Source of the DNA: Candidatus Nanopelagicales bacterium
Lineage (GTDB): Bacteria; Actinomycetota; Actinomycetes; S36-B12
Reading direction: 5' to 3'
Assembly: GCA_009694585.1 (NCBI GenBank)
Contig: SHUQ01000003.1
Coordinates: 590 to 64,589, forward strand
DNA: 64,000 nucleotides
The first letter of the stretch is position 1; every line of letters begins with the position of its first letter. A program made the translations under genes and the position numbers. Positions 12,060-20,341 of this stretch are shown one piece after another. Below the pieces are notes generated by a model. The model did no database searches and was not told the DNA's origin. It was given only the letters and a program-made list of their open reading frames with translations.

Positions 12060-12094
12060 GGGCGCGGGTTCTCGAGGTTTGAAGGCCCGCGCTC
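12060..12094 (+). promoter_or_regulatory. Stable hairpin between tRNA-Glu and leuC
   Basis: GGGCGCGGG ... CCCGCGCUC forms 9 bp with a 17-nt loop. No U-run follows. The GAAGGAG SD of leuC comes next. Confidence 0.35.
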
Positions 12095-12114
12095 CAAGGC
12101 AGAAGGAGTAGTAG

Positions 12115-13524
12115 GTGGCAAGCACACTGGCAGAGAAAGTCTGGGCGGCGCATGTGGTGCGCCATGCCGAAGGCGAACCAGACCTGCTCTATATCGATCT
12201 GCATCTGGTGCATGAGGTAACTAGCCCGCAGGCATTTGATGGGCTGCGCGTTGCTGGGAGAGGGGTGCGGCGGCCTGATCTCACCTTGGCGACCGAAGAT
12301 CACAATGTGCCTACCATCAATATTGACCAGCCCATCGCCGACCCGATTTCGCGGGCTCAGGTTGACGCGCTGCGTGCGAACTGCGCTGAATTCGAGGTGC
12401 CGCTGTATCCACTCGGCAGTGTCGAGCAGGGCATTGTGCACGTGGTGGGCCCGCAACTTGGCCTGACCCAACCTGGCATGACCGTGGTATGCGGTGACTC
12501 ACACACCTCAACCCATGGCGCTTTCGGTGCACTTGCGTTCGGTATTGGCACCAGCGAAGTCGAGCACGTGCTTGCAACTCAAACCCTGCCCCTGAAGCCG
12601 TTCCAGACGATGGCGATCACGGTCGATGGTGAACTGCCGACTGGCGTGAGCGCCAAGGACTTGACTTTGGCAATCATCGCGAAGATCGGCACGGGCGGTG
12701 GCCAAGGCTATGTACTTGAATACCGCGGCTCTGCAATTCGCGCGCTTTCGATGGAAGGCCGTATGACACTTTGCAATATGTCAATCGAGGCTGGCGCTCG
12801 AGCGGGCATGGTCGCCCCGGACGACACCACTCTTGAGTACGTAAAAGGCCGTGAGCATGCGCCGACCGGTCAGGAGTGGGATGAAGCCGTTGCATACTGG
12901 CGTACATTGCCAAGTGATGCTGACGCGGTATTCGACGCTGAAGTCTTCATCGATGCAACCACCCTTAGCCCATATGTGACATGGGGCACTAATCCGGGTC
13001 AAGGCCTGCCGCTATCGGCTTCGGTGCCCGCGCCTGAAGCTGCAGGTGATGAAGTTGAGCGTGGTGCTATTGAGCGCGCACTCGCCTATATGGATTTAGA
13101 ACCGGGCACCCCGTTACGTGAAATACCGATAGACACTGTTTTCATCGGTTCTTGCACCAATGGCCGCATCGAAGACCTAAGAGTCGTAGCCGAGGTATTG
13201 CGTGGCCGGCAGGTGGCGAATTCAGTGCGCATGATGATCGTCCCCGGCTCGGTGCGCGTCAAGCTACAGGCCGAGGCCGAGGGCTTACACACAGTGTTCA
13301 TTGAGGCTGGGGCCGACTGGCGTGAGGCCGGGTGTTCCATGTGTTTGGCCATGAACCCAGACAAACTTGCCCCCGGTGAGCGCAGCGCCTCAACTTCAAA
13401 TCGCAACTTCGAAGGCCGCCAAGGCCCAGGTGGTCGGACCCACCTAGTCTCACCGGCGGTGGCGGCGGCGACCGCGGTCGTCGGCACCTTGGCCGCCCCC
13501 GCTGACCTTCCGAATCTCGGCTAA
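12115..13524 (+). CDS. leuC: 3-isopropylmalate dehydratase large subunit
   Basis: 469 aa. Aconitase-family motifs CGDSHT, GSCTNGR and MCLAMNPD. Confidence 0.95.
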   Translation: MASTLAEKVWAAHVVRHAEGEPDLLYIDLHLVHEVTSPQAFDGLRVAGRGVRRPDLTLATEDHNVPTINIDQPIADPISRAQVDALRANCAEFEVPLYPLGSVEQGIVHVVGPQLGLTQPGMTVVCGDSHTSTHGAFGALAFGIGTSEVEHVLATQTLPLKPFQTMAITVDGELPTGVSAKDLTLAIIAKIGTGGGQGYVLEYRGSAIRALSMEGRMTLCNMSIEAGARAGMVAPDDTTLEYVKGREHAPTGQEWDEAVAYWRTLPSDADAVFDAEVFIDATTLSPYVTWGTNPGQGLPLSASVPAPEAAGDEVERGAIERALAYMDLEPGTPLREIPIDTVFIGSCTNGRIEDLRVVAEVLRGRQVANSVRMMIVPGSVRVKLQAEAEGLHTVFIEAGADWREAGCSMCLAMNPDKLAPGERSASTSNRNFEGRQGPGGRTHLVSPAVAAATAVVGTLAAPADLPNLG

Positions 13525-13534
13525 GGAGCACGCA

Positions 13535-14122
13535 ATGGATGCATTTACCACTCACACCGGTACTGCGATGCCGTTGCGGCGCAGCAATGTCGATACTGAC
13601 CAGATCATCCCGGCCGAGTACCTTAAGCGGATTACTCGCACCGGATTTGAAGATGGGTTGTTCGCGTCTTGGCGAAAAGATCCTGAGTTTGTCCTAAACC
13701 AGCCGTACCACGATGGCGCCACCATCTTGGTAGCTGGCCCTGATTTTGGCACCGGTTCCTCACGTGAACATGCGGTTTGGGCGCTCCAGAACTATGGCTT
13801 CAAGGTAGTGATTTCCTCGCGCTTCGCCGATATTTTCCGTGGTAATTCGGGTAAGGGGGGGTTGCTAACCGCCCAGGTGCCCCAGGAGACCGTGGAGGCA
13901 CTTTGGGAATTAATTGCCGAAGATCCGGCCACGGAGGTAACGGTTGACCTAGACAAGCAGGAGATCCGGGCGGGCGAGCTGGTGGCCGATTTCGATGTGG
14001 ACGGCTATGTGCGCTGGCGGTTGATGGAGGGTTTGGATGATATTGGCATCACTTTGCAGTCGGTAGATGCGATCACCGCCTTCGAAAAGCAGCGTCCGGG
14101 ATTCACTCCGACCACCACCTAA
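13535..14122 (+). CDS. leuD: 3-isopropylmalate dehydratase small subunit
   Basis: 195 aa. Motif [13 protein letters not shown]. Follows leuC. Confidence 0.95.
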   Translation: MDAFTTHTGTAMPLRRSNVDTDQIIPAEYLKRITRTGFEDGLFASWRKDPEFVLNQPYHDGATILVAGPDFGTGSSREHAVWALQNYGFKVVISSRFADIFRGNSGKGGLLTAQVPQETVEALWELIAEDPATEVTVDLDKQEIRAGELVADFDVDGYVRWRLMEGLDDIGITLQSVDAITAFEKQRPGFTPTTT

Positions 14123-14265
14123 AGGGATTTTCGACCCTAGGCGAGTTTTGCGTTTCCAATATCACGGTGTGTCGAATGGCGTAATCGGTTAATTCGCAAT
14201 AGTTTTTGCATGTCGACACCCGTCGATTGTTCTTCTACCGTCGATTCTCCTGGAAGGTTTTTCCT

Positions 14266-14610
14266 GTGAACAAGGCAGACCTAATTGATTCGGTGGCCGC
14301 GAAACTCGGCCACACCAAGCGTGACGTAACCGACATCGTTGAGTCCTTCATCGAGGAGACCAAGAAGGCCGTTGCCAGTGGCGAGCGCGTTGCGCTAAGT
14401 GGTTTCGGCATCTTCGAAGCACAGGCCCGCAAGGCCCGCCTAGGGCGTAATCCACGCACTGGTGAAACCGTGCAGATCAAGGCAACGAAGACCCCTAAGT
14501 TCCGCGCTGGTGCGGAGTTTAAAGCGGTAGTTTCGGGCAAGAAGAAGGCCGCTCCGGCCAAGAAGGCTCCGGCCAAGAAGGCCGCAAAGAAGGCCGCAAA
14601 GAAGCGCTAA
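14266..14610 (+). CDS. hupB: HU-type nucleoid protein with a short Lys/Ala-rich C-terminal tail
   Basis: Start taken at GTG 14266 (VNKADLIDSVAAKLG), with a GGAAGG SD. Contains the RNPRTGE arm and the tail KKKAAPAKKAPAKKAAKKAAKKR. Confidence 0.9.
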   Translation: MNKADLIDSVAAKLGHTKRDVTDIVESFIEETKKAVASGERVALSGFGIFEAQARKARLGRNPRTGETVQIKATKTPKFRAGAEFKAVVSGKKKAAPAKKAPAKKAAKKAAKKR

Positions 14611-14619
14611 AGAAAATTA

Positions 14620-14657
14620 ACTACGGGCGGCCTAGCGTTTGGTAGGCCGCCCGTAGT
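14620..14657. terminator. 15-bp perfect hairpin between convergent genes (bidirectional terminator candidate)
   Basis: ACTACGGGCGGCCTA-gcgtttgg-TAGGCCGCCCGTAGT. No flanking U-run. Confidence 0.5.
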
Positions 14658-14658
14658 G

Positions 14659-14672
14659 ATTACATATGTAAT
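14659..14672. repeat. Perfect 14-bp palindrome ATTACATATGTAAT in an AT-rich patch
   Basis: Read directly from the sequence. It lies immediately 3' of the large hairpin. Confidence 0.8.
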
Positions 14673-14743
14673 TTTGAATTCGTACTCAGTGGTCAGCCCG
14701 CTAGCAATGAGGCGTGAAACTGTGGCTTGAAATTTGCGGCTAA

Positions 14744-14935
14744 CTAATTGGGCAGATCGATAGAAATCACGATGCCAGTTGGCGACAGTTTGACGGCTAG
14801 TCGCTGGCCGACGCGCAACCGCCGAAATGCGGAGGCAGCTAACAATTGGGCAGTTACTTGCAGTAAGTCGCCGTCCTCGGTGGCGACTTCCGCATCGCCA
14901 CTTGGGAGCCAGCGATAGAAGGTGGCGACGATCAC
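14744..14935 (-). CDS. Hypothetical 63-aa protein, GTGA-coupled to the end of fbiD/cofC
   Basis: The GTG at 14935 overlaps the cofC TGA (14934-14932). Sequence VIVATFYRWLPSGDAEVATEDGDLLQVTAQLLAASAFRRLRVGQRLAVKLSPTGIVISIDLPN. Codon usage looks like the host's. There is a loose resemblance to SpoVT/AbrB-type beta domains. Confidence 0.35.
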   Translation of the reverse strand: MIVATFYRWLPSGDAEVATEDGDLLQVTAQLLAASAFRRLRVGQRLAVKLSPTGIVISIDLPN

Positions 14936-15612
14936 GGCTCGTGATTTCGCTGTAAGGCTGCCGTGGTGGCTGCACCCACGCCAATTCGAATCGCATCCCA
15001 AAGGTCTACTTGGGTATCGACATCACGGTGCGCGCGCGCAAGCCTATCGCGTTCTGGCGCAGTTTCAGACAAACCCAGTTCGACATAGCCCCGTTTAGCA
15101 TGGTGGGCTCTTGAGCGTTCGCCAAATGCCGGCGTGCAGCCGGCAATGCTGTGACTCATCAACATGGTGGTGCCAACCCCTTGCGTGTCGGCGATAAAAG
15201 AACGCTCGTAAATGCTCGCGAACCTGAACACAAAATCAATTACCTCGCCGGTAAGGCAAGGCAGATCACCAGTCATGATGGCCACCCCGAGTCTAGGTGG
15301 CGTTAATGACGCGCCGAATAGAGCTGCTTCGTTCAAGCCGCGGTGCGGTGCTTCAGGGGCCCAGCTGTGGTTGGACGCGGTGGCAACCTGTTGGACTGCC
15401 ACATCGTCGGTCACCACGGTGACTTGAGCAACGGTTTGGGAGTCACTGAGGGCGGTAAGGACATCCTGGAGAAAGGCCAGTACAAGCTCGGGTCGGGCCG
15501 GGTCATTCACTGGCAGCAGCCTGGTTTTAGCGCTGGTAAGGGCTTTTATGGGCAGCACGACGGCCCAGCGATCTGGCCCGTGGATCAGCCCATCTTGGAT
15601 CTGCACGGGCAC
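14932..15612 (-). CDS. fbiD: 2-phospho-L-lactate / phosphoenolpyruvate guanylyltransferase (F420 biosynthesis)
   Basis: 226 aa. CofC pattern: PIKALTSAKTRL, GDLPCL, RSFIADTQGVGTT and DVDTQVDL. It neighbours hupB, plsC and gpsA as in mycobacteria (from memory). Confidence 0.8.
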   Translation of the reverse strand: MPVQIQDGLIHGPDRWAVVLPIKALTSAKTRLLPVNDPARPELVLAFLQDVLTALSDSQTVAQVTVVTDDVAVQQVATASNHSWAPEAPHRGLNEAALFGASLTPPRLGVAIMTGDLPCLTGEVIDFVFRFASIYERSFIADTQGVGTTMLMSHSIAGCTPAFGERSRAHHAKRGYVELGLSETAPERDRLARAHRDVDTQVDLWDAIRIGVGAATTAALQRNHEP

Positions 15613-15621
15613 TACTGTGGC

Positions 15622-16350
15622 ATGGTGCAGATAACGCGACGCGACCCCTTGGGCTGGGGCTATCGCGTCACCGTATTTTTTTTTACTCCGCTGCTCAATA
15701 TTTTTACCAAGCAGCAGTGGGAAGGCACCGAAAATCTAACCGCCCAAACTGGCGGAATGGTCGTGGCGACCAACCATATTTCCTGGTTTGACCCGCTCGT
15801 AACTTCACATGTCCTATGGGACAACGATCGTCCACCGAGATTCTTAGCCAAGGAGTCGGTGTTCCGCGTCCCGATCGTGGGGGCGATAATTACCAGCGCC
15901 CAGCAAATTCGGGTTTATCGCGAGACCAGCAACGCTACCGATGCCGTGCGTGATGGAATTGCGGCCGTGAAGCGCGGTGAGTGCGTGGTGGTGTATCCGG
16001 AAGGCACCATCACTCGCGAGCCGAATATGTGGCCAATGACTGGTAAGACAGGTGCTGCCCGTGTTGCGCTGGCTGCAGGCTGCCCGTTGATCCCGATGGC
16101 TCAATGGGGAGCTCAGGAGGTCATGCGGCCTTATCGCAAGGAATTTCGCATCCTGCCCCGTAAAACTATGAAGATCTTGGTTGGGCCCCCCATCGACTTG
16201 TCGGATTTACAAGATCGCGCGCTGGATGCCGATACATTGCACCTTGCGACGGATCGACTCATGGACGCCTTAACCGGGCTACTTGCCCAAATCCGTCAGG
16301 AGACCCCACCAGAGGAGCGTTACGTGTTCGACCGACAGGAGCATTCGTGA
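15622..16350 (+). CDS. plsC: 1-acyl-sn-glycerol-3-phosphate acyltransferase
   Basis: Contains the HX4D motif NHISWFD and the YPEGT motif. The start is ATG 15622 or GTG 15625, only 9-12 nt from the divergent cofC start. Confidence 0.85.
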   Translation: MVQITRRDPLGWGYRVTVFFFTPLLNIFTKQQWEGTENLTAQTGGMVVATNHISWFDPLVTSHVLWDNDRPPRFLAKESVFRVPIVGAIITSAQQIRVYRETSNATDAVRDGIAAVKRGECVVVYPEGTITREPNMWPMTGKTGAARVALAAGCPLIPMAQWGAQEVMRPYRKEFRILPRKTMKILVGPPIDLSDLQDRALDADTLHLATDRLMDALTGLLAQIRQETPPEERYVFDRQEHS

Positions 16351-17363
16351 CCGAAATTCGGGTTGCCATGATGGGTAGCGGGTCTTGGGGAACCGCATTT
16401 GGCATGGTTCTCGCCGATGCTGGCTGCCAAGTGATGATGTGGTCGCGTGAGGAGGGCGTTGCGCGGCAGGTCAATGAAGAGCACTTGAATGCCGCTTATC
16501 ACCCCGGTATTACTTTGCCGGACAAATTACATGCGACAACTGATTGGTCCAAGGCGCTGGAAGGCGCATCTATCGTGGTGCTGGCCGTGCCAGCGCAAGT
16601 CTTGCGGGCGAATCTACAAACTTGGAGAGATGGCTTAACTCCGGGAAGTGTGCTCGTAAGTTTGATGAAGGGCATCGAGCTGGGCACGTCGATGCGAATG
16701 AGTGAAGTAATAGCCGAAGTTACTGGCATTGACCTTGGTCGCATTGCGGTGATTTCGGGCCCAAATCTGGCCGGTGAAATAGCGCGGCGACAGCCAACGG
16801 CAACAACGGTTGCCTGCGCTGACGAGGCCAGCGCCTTGGCTCTTCAGGAGGCCTGCACCACTGACTACTTTCGTCCGTACTGGACCACCGACGTCGTCGG
16901 CACGGAAATTGGCGGCGCGGTTAAAAATGTCATCGCGCTGGCTAATGGCATGGCGGTCGGCATGGGATTGGGAGAGAACTCACAGGCCTCCTTAATTACC
17001 CGCGGGCTGGCTGAAATGGCTCGACTCGGTGTTGCACTCGGGGCTGACCCGCTGACTTTTCAGGGCTTGGCTGGAGTAGGTGACCTGGTGGCCACCTGCC
17101 AGTCACCGCTATCGCGCAATAGGTCATTCGGTGTAAACCTTGGGCGCGGATTATCTATTGACCAAACTATCGAAGTTACTAAGCAGACCTGCGAAGGTTA
17201 TAAGAGTTGCCAGCCGATACTTGAGTTGGCCAAACTTAATGATGTCGAAATGCCAATCACCGAACAGGTGGTGGCAGTGCTGTACCACGGACAATCCCCG
17301 AAAATGATGGCGTCAGCATTCATGTCGCGCGACACTAAGCGCGAAAGCTCACTAGCACCGTAG
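16347..17363 (+). CDS. gpsA: NAD(P)H-dependent glycerol-3-phosphate dehydrogenase
   Basis: 338 aa. Motifs GSGSWGTA and GGAVKNV. GTGA overlap with plsC. Confidence 0.93.
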   Translation: MTEIRVAMMGSGSWGTAFGMVLADAGCQVMMWSREEGVARQVNEEHLNAAYHPGITLPDKLHATTDWSKALEGASIVVLAVPAQVLRANLQTWRDGLTPGSVLVSLMKGIELGTSMRMSEVIAEVTGIDLGRIAVISGPNLAGEIARRQPTATTVACADEASALALQEACTTDYFRPYWTTDVVGTEIGGAVKNVIALANGMAVGMGLGENSQASLITRGLAEMARLGVALGADPLTFQGLAGVGDLVATCQSPLSRNRSFGVNLGRGLSIDQTIEVTKQTCEGYKSCQPILELAKLNDVEMPITEQVVAVLYHGQSPKMMASAFMSRDTKRESSLAP

Positions 17364-18464
17364 TTAATTAGGCACCACTGAATCTAAGGCCTGCTTAAGG
17401 TCGCGCCAGAGGTCATCGGCATTCTCAATGCCAAATGACAGGCGAATTAGGTTCATAGGCACTGTTTCACTTTCAAGAGGCCAGCGGCGACGGCGCTCGA
17501 GCAGTGACTCGACCCCACCTAGGCTGGTGGCATATGTCCAAAGTTCAGCACTTGCGCATACCGCATCTGCTGCGTCCGCTCCTTCGGAAATTTCGATAGC
17601 AGCCATCGTGCCGAACTCCGGGTAGCGAACCCGAGAAACCGCAGGGTGGTCGCGAAGTAAGGGGATGATCATTTTGGCATTAGCTTGTGCTCTTTCAATT
17701 CGGACGGCCAAGGTGCGGATACCTCTAAGTGCCAAATAGCAGTCAAATGCGCTCGGCAACGCACCCATAAATACCCGCCGGGTGCGAAGATGCTCTGCGA
17801 GTTCAGGATCAGTGGTTACTAATGCGCCGAGAAGTAGATCTGAGTGACCGCTGAGCGCTTTGGTGACACTATGCATGACAATGTCAGCACCCTGAGAAAT
17901 TGGCTGCTGCAAAATCGGAGTGGCGAAAGTGTTGTCGACCAAGACTAAGGCGTGGTTAGCGTGGGCTGCCGCAATACAGGCGGGCAAATCGGCGACCTGC
18001 AGCATTGGATTAGTCGGTGATTCCAGCCATAACATTTGTGCCCCATTGCATGCCGCAACGACAGCCGTGGTGTCATCAACCTCAACGACTCGAAGTTGAA
18101 TGCGACCGATCTCCGCAAGCTCGCGCAGTCGGATCGCAACACCGGTATACGCCGCACTCGGTGCGACCACAACGGCGCCCATTGGTACTAAGTCCATAGC
18201 TGCGTTCGCGGCTGCCATGCCAGATGCAAATACGGTGGCTAGCCCGCCCTCGAGACCTCCGATAACGTCCTCGAGCGCATGTGAGGTGGGGGAGTCATAG
18301 CGCGCGTACTCCATGGGCCCACCCGCGATGAAGCTCGAGGCGGGCGCAATTGGAGTGTTGAGTGGGGCATCGGGCACGCGCTCCGGCCGGCCGGCTGAGA
18401 CCACAAAGGTGTCAACTGATTGGTCACGCTTAGTGGTGCCTGCTGGTGGGTTGATAGTTGGCAT
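17364..18464 (-). CDS. Cys/Met-metabolism PLP-dependent enzyme (cystathionine gamma-synthase/lyase family)
   Basis: PLP-lysine motif SVTKALSGHSD. The start is ATG 18464 (TAAAGT hexamer 7 nt upstream) or GTG 18473. The stop abuts the gpsA stop with no spacer. Confidence 0.85.
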   Translation of the reverse strand: MPTINPPAGTTKRDQSVDTFVVSAGRPERVPDAPLNTPIAPASSFIAGGPMEYARYDSPTSHALEDVIGGLEGGLATVFASGMAAANAAMDLVPMGAVVVAPSAAYTGVAIRLRELAEIGRIQLRVVEVDDTTAVVAACNGAQMLWLESPTNPMLQVADLPACIAAAHANHALVLVDNTFATPILQQPISQGADIVMHSVTKALSGHSDLLLGALVTTDPELAEHLRTRRVFMGALPSAFDCYLALRGIRTLAVRIERAQANAKMIIPLLRDHPAVSRVRYPEFGTMAAIEISEGADAADAVCASAELWTYATSLGGVESLLERRRRWPLESETVPMNLIRLSFGIENADDLWRDLKQALDSVVPN

Positions 18465-18515
18465 GAATTGCACTTTAGTCTTGCCCCGGTTGTTATCGCT
18501 GAGGAGTCCAACAGA

Positions 18516-18521
18516 TACGGT
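18516..18521 (+). promoter_or_regulatory. Candidate -10 hexamer TACGGT placed 6 nt before the ddl GTG (leaderless geometry)
   Basis: TACGGT-ctatgg-GTG. Confidence 0.35.
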
Positions 18522-18527
18522 CTATGG

Positions 18528-19625
18528 GTGGATCGGGTTCGCATTGCGGTGATATTTGGGGGCCGTAGTAGTGAGCACCACATCTCATGTGTCAGTGCCG
18601 GCGGCATCCTTCGGGCCCTGGACCCCGAAATCTATGAGGTCATTCCAATCGGAATTACCCCGTCTGGTCATTGGGTTCTCCAGACTAATGATGCCGATCG
18701 ACTTTCCATCCAAGGCGGTGTGCTTCCATCGGTCGATCGCGATGCACCCCAAGTGGTTCTAAGTGTGGACCCGACCTCTGCGGGACTGACTATTCATCGA
18801 CCGGCGCAAGTGCCGGAGGCTCTTGGCCGCGTTGACGTCGTTTTCCCGGTGCTTCATGGGCCATGGGGTGAGGACGGCACCATTCAGGGCTTACTCGAAA
18901 TGGCCGGCATTCCATATGTCGGGTCGGGAGTCATTGGCTCGGCGCTCGCAATGGATAAAGGCTTTATGAAAGCGCTATTCGAGCACGCTGGGTTACCTGT
19001 TGGGCCCTATGAGGTGATCACGGATGCGCAATGGGGTACCGGCCGCGATGCCGCACTGGCTCGAGCGCGAAGCCTTGGTGAAGTGTTGTTTGTTAAACCG
19101 GCGCGGGCGGGCTCGTCTAATGGCATCACCAAAGTGTCCGACCCCGATTTACTCTCTGCTGCGATCGAAGCCGCTCGCCTTCACGACCCCAAAGTCATCG
19201 TCGAAGCGGCGCTAGTTGATGCCCGCGAGATTGAATGCGGCGTCATTGTAGACGGCACACCTCGGGCGAGCAGGTGCGCAGAGATAATTGTGCGTGCCAG
19301 CCATGCTTTCTATGATTTTGAGGCCAAGTACCTAGACGATTCGGTTGATTTGGTCGTGCCGGCGGATTTGTCACCCGAATTAGAAGCAAAGGTACAGGAG
19401 TTAGCGATTCGCGCATTCGAGTCACTCTCCTGCGAGGGCTTGGCGCGAGTTGATTTCTTTATTTCCGCAGACGGGAAAGTTCTTATAAATGAAATCAACA
19501 CGATGCCCGGGTTCACGCCGATTTCGATGTTCCCGAGAATGTGGGCGGCATCGGGGCTGGATTACCCGGCGCTCATTGATCACCTAGTGCGCGATGCGCT
19601 GCTGCGCGGCACCGGGCTTCGTTAG
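18528..19625 (+). CDS. ddl: D-alanine--D-alanine ligase
   Basis: Start taken at GTG 18528 (VDRVRIAVIFGGRSSEH). ATP-grasp fold with the EINTMPGFT motif. Confidence 0.92.
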   Translation: MDRVRIAVIFGGRSSEHHISCVSAGGILRALDPEIYEVIPIGITPSGHWVLQTNDADRLSIQGGVLPSVDRDAPQVVLSVDPTSAGLTIHRPAQVPEALGRVDVVFPVLHGPWGEDGTIQGLLEMAGIPYVGSGVIGSALAMDKGFMKALFEHAGLPVGPYEVITDAQWGTGRDAALARARSLGEVLFVKPARAGSSNGITKVSDPDLLSAAIEAARLHDPKVIVEAALVDAREIECGVIVDGTPRASRCAEIIVRASHAFYDFEAKYLDDSVDLVVPADLSPELEAKVQELAIRAFESLSCEGLARVDFFISADGKVLINEINTMPGFTPISMFPRMWAASGLDYPALIDHLVRDALLRGTGLR

Positions 19626-20209
19626 GTATTGGCTAGTGCTTTTAGCCCCGCGAGCACAAAAGCACTAGATGCCTTAACTTCGGATTGCGGGTCACTACCT
19701 GGCGCTAGCCGCCGGGCTGCTGCTTCGACAACACCCTGAATAAGGCGTACGGCCTGATCAGTATCTGAAATCCCAAGTGCGGCGACCGCTTGAGTAAGCG
19801 GTGCGGCGAGGGTGGCATGCATGGCATTGATTTGCTCACGCACCGGCTTAGGGAGTGAGGTCTCGCTCATGACAGCGATGATCGCATGGCGTCCATCAGC
19901 TATCAGTCCCAAGGAGACGTCAACATAGCGGGAAATTTTCTGTTCCGGCGTCGACTCGGCAGCGAGGCAATCGACTACATCGCCAGACCACTGACGCATT
20001 TCCTCCAAGAGCACCGCCGCCAGCAAATCTTCGGTTGAGCCGAAGTATTCATAGGCAGCTGGTCGCGATAGCCCAGCACGTGCCGCCACAGCCGCCATCG
20101 TCAAAGCCCTCGGACCCCCGGTCGTAACTAGTTCATGCCCGGCAGTCAACAGTGCGCTGCGACGTTGATCTCGATTTTCTGCAAGTGTGGGGGCTAAAAT
20201 GCGGGGCAC
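19622..20209 (-). CDS. TetR-family transcriptional regulator
   Basis: HTH segment LTMAAVAARAGLSRPAAYEYFGS. The start at GTG 20209 is provisional; the ORF is open up to 20317. It overlaps the ddl stop by 4 nt. Confidence 0.8.
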   Translation of the reverse strand: MPRILAPTLAENRDQRRSALLTAGHELVTTGGPRALTMAAVAARAGLSRPAAYEYFGSTEDLLAAVLLEEMRQWSGDVVDCLAAESTPEQKISRYVDVSLGLIADGRHAIIAVMSETSLPKPVREQINAMHATLAAPLTQAVAALGISDTDQAVRLIQGVVEAAARRLAPGSDPQSEVKASSAFVLAGLKALANT

Positions 20210-20341
20210 CTGCCCATCTTGGCACAGCCATGGTGAGGAGTGATTGGTCAGCGTGGCATAGGGTTGTCGAATTGAGCTGGTGAAGTGCAAAGATGCGCAA
20301 TGGCGGCTTTGGTTCAAGGGTCGCAGAGAGGACTAATAGGG

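Noticed and set aside
14659-14672. Palindrome ATTACATATGTAAT as a XerCD dif site
   Set aside because: The half-sites (ATTACAT/ATGTAAT) do not match the dif core as I remember it (ATAATG-TA-CATTAT flanked by Xer arms), and there is no 6-bp central spacer.
14607-14996. 129-aa minus-strand ORF downstream of cofC
   Set aside because: The translation is Arg/Ser/Cys-rich. It runs through the large terminator hairpin and palindrome and overlaps the hupB stop. The 63-aa frame coupled to cofC is more plausible.
15343-15621. Long N-terminal extension of plsC in the ORF track
   Set aside because: It is antisense to the confident cofC/fbiD gene and non-homologous. The PlsC homology starts at about 15622.
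20210-20341. TetR operator palindrome in the TetR/oxidoreductase spacer
   Set aside because: I looked for inverted repeats and found none longer than 6 bp by eye. No site is claimed.
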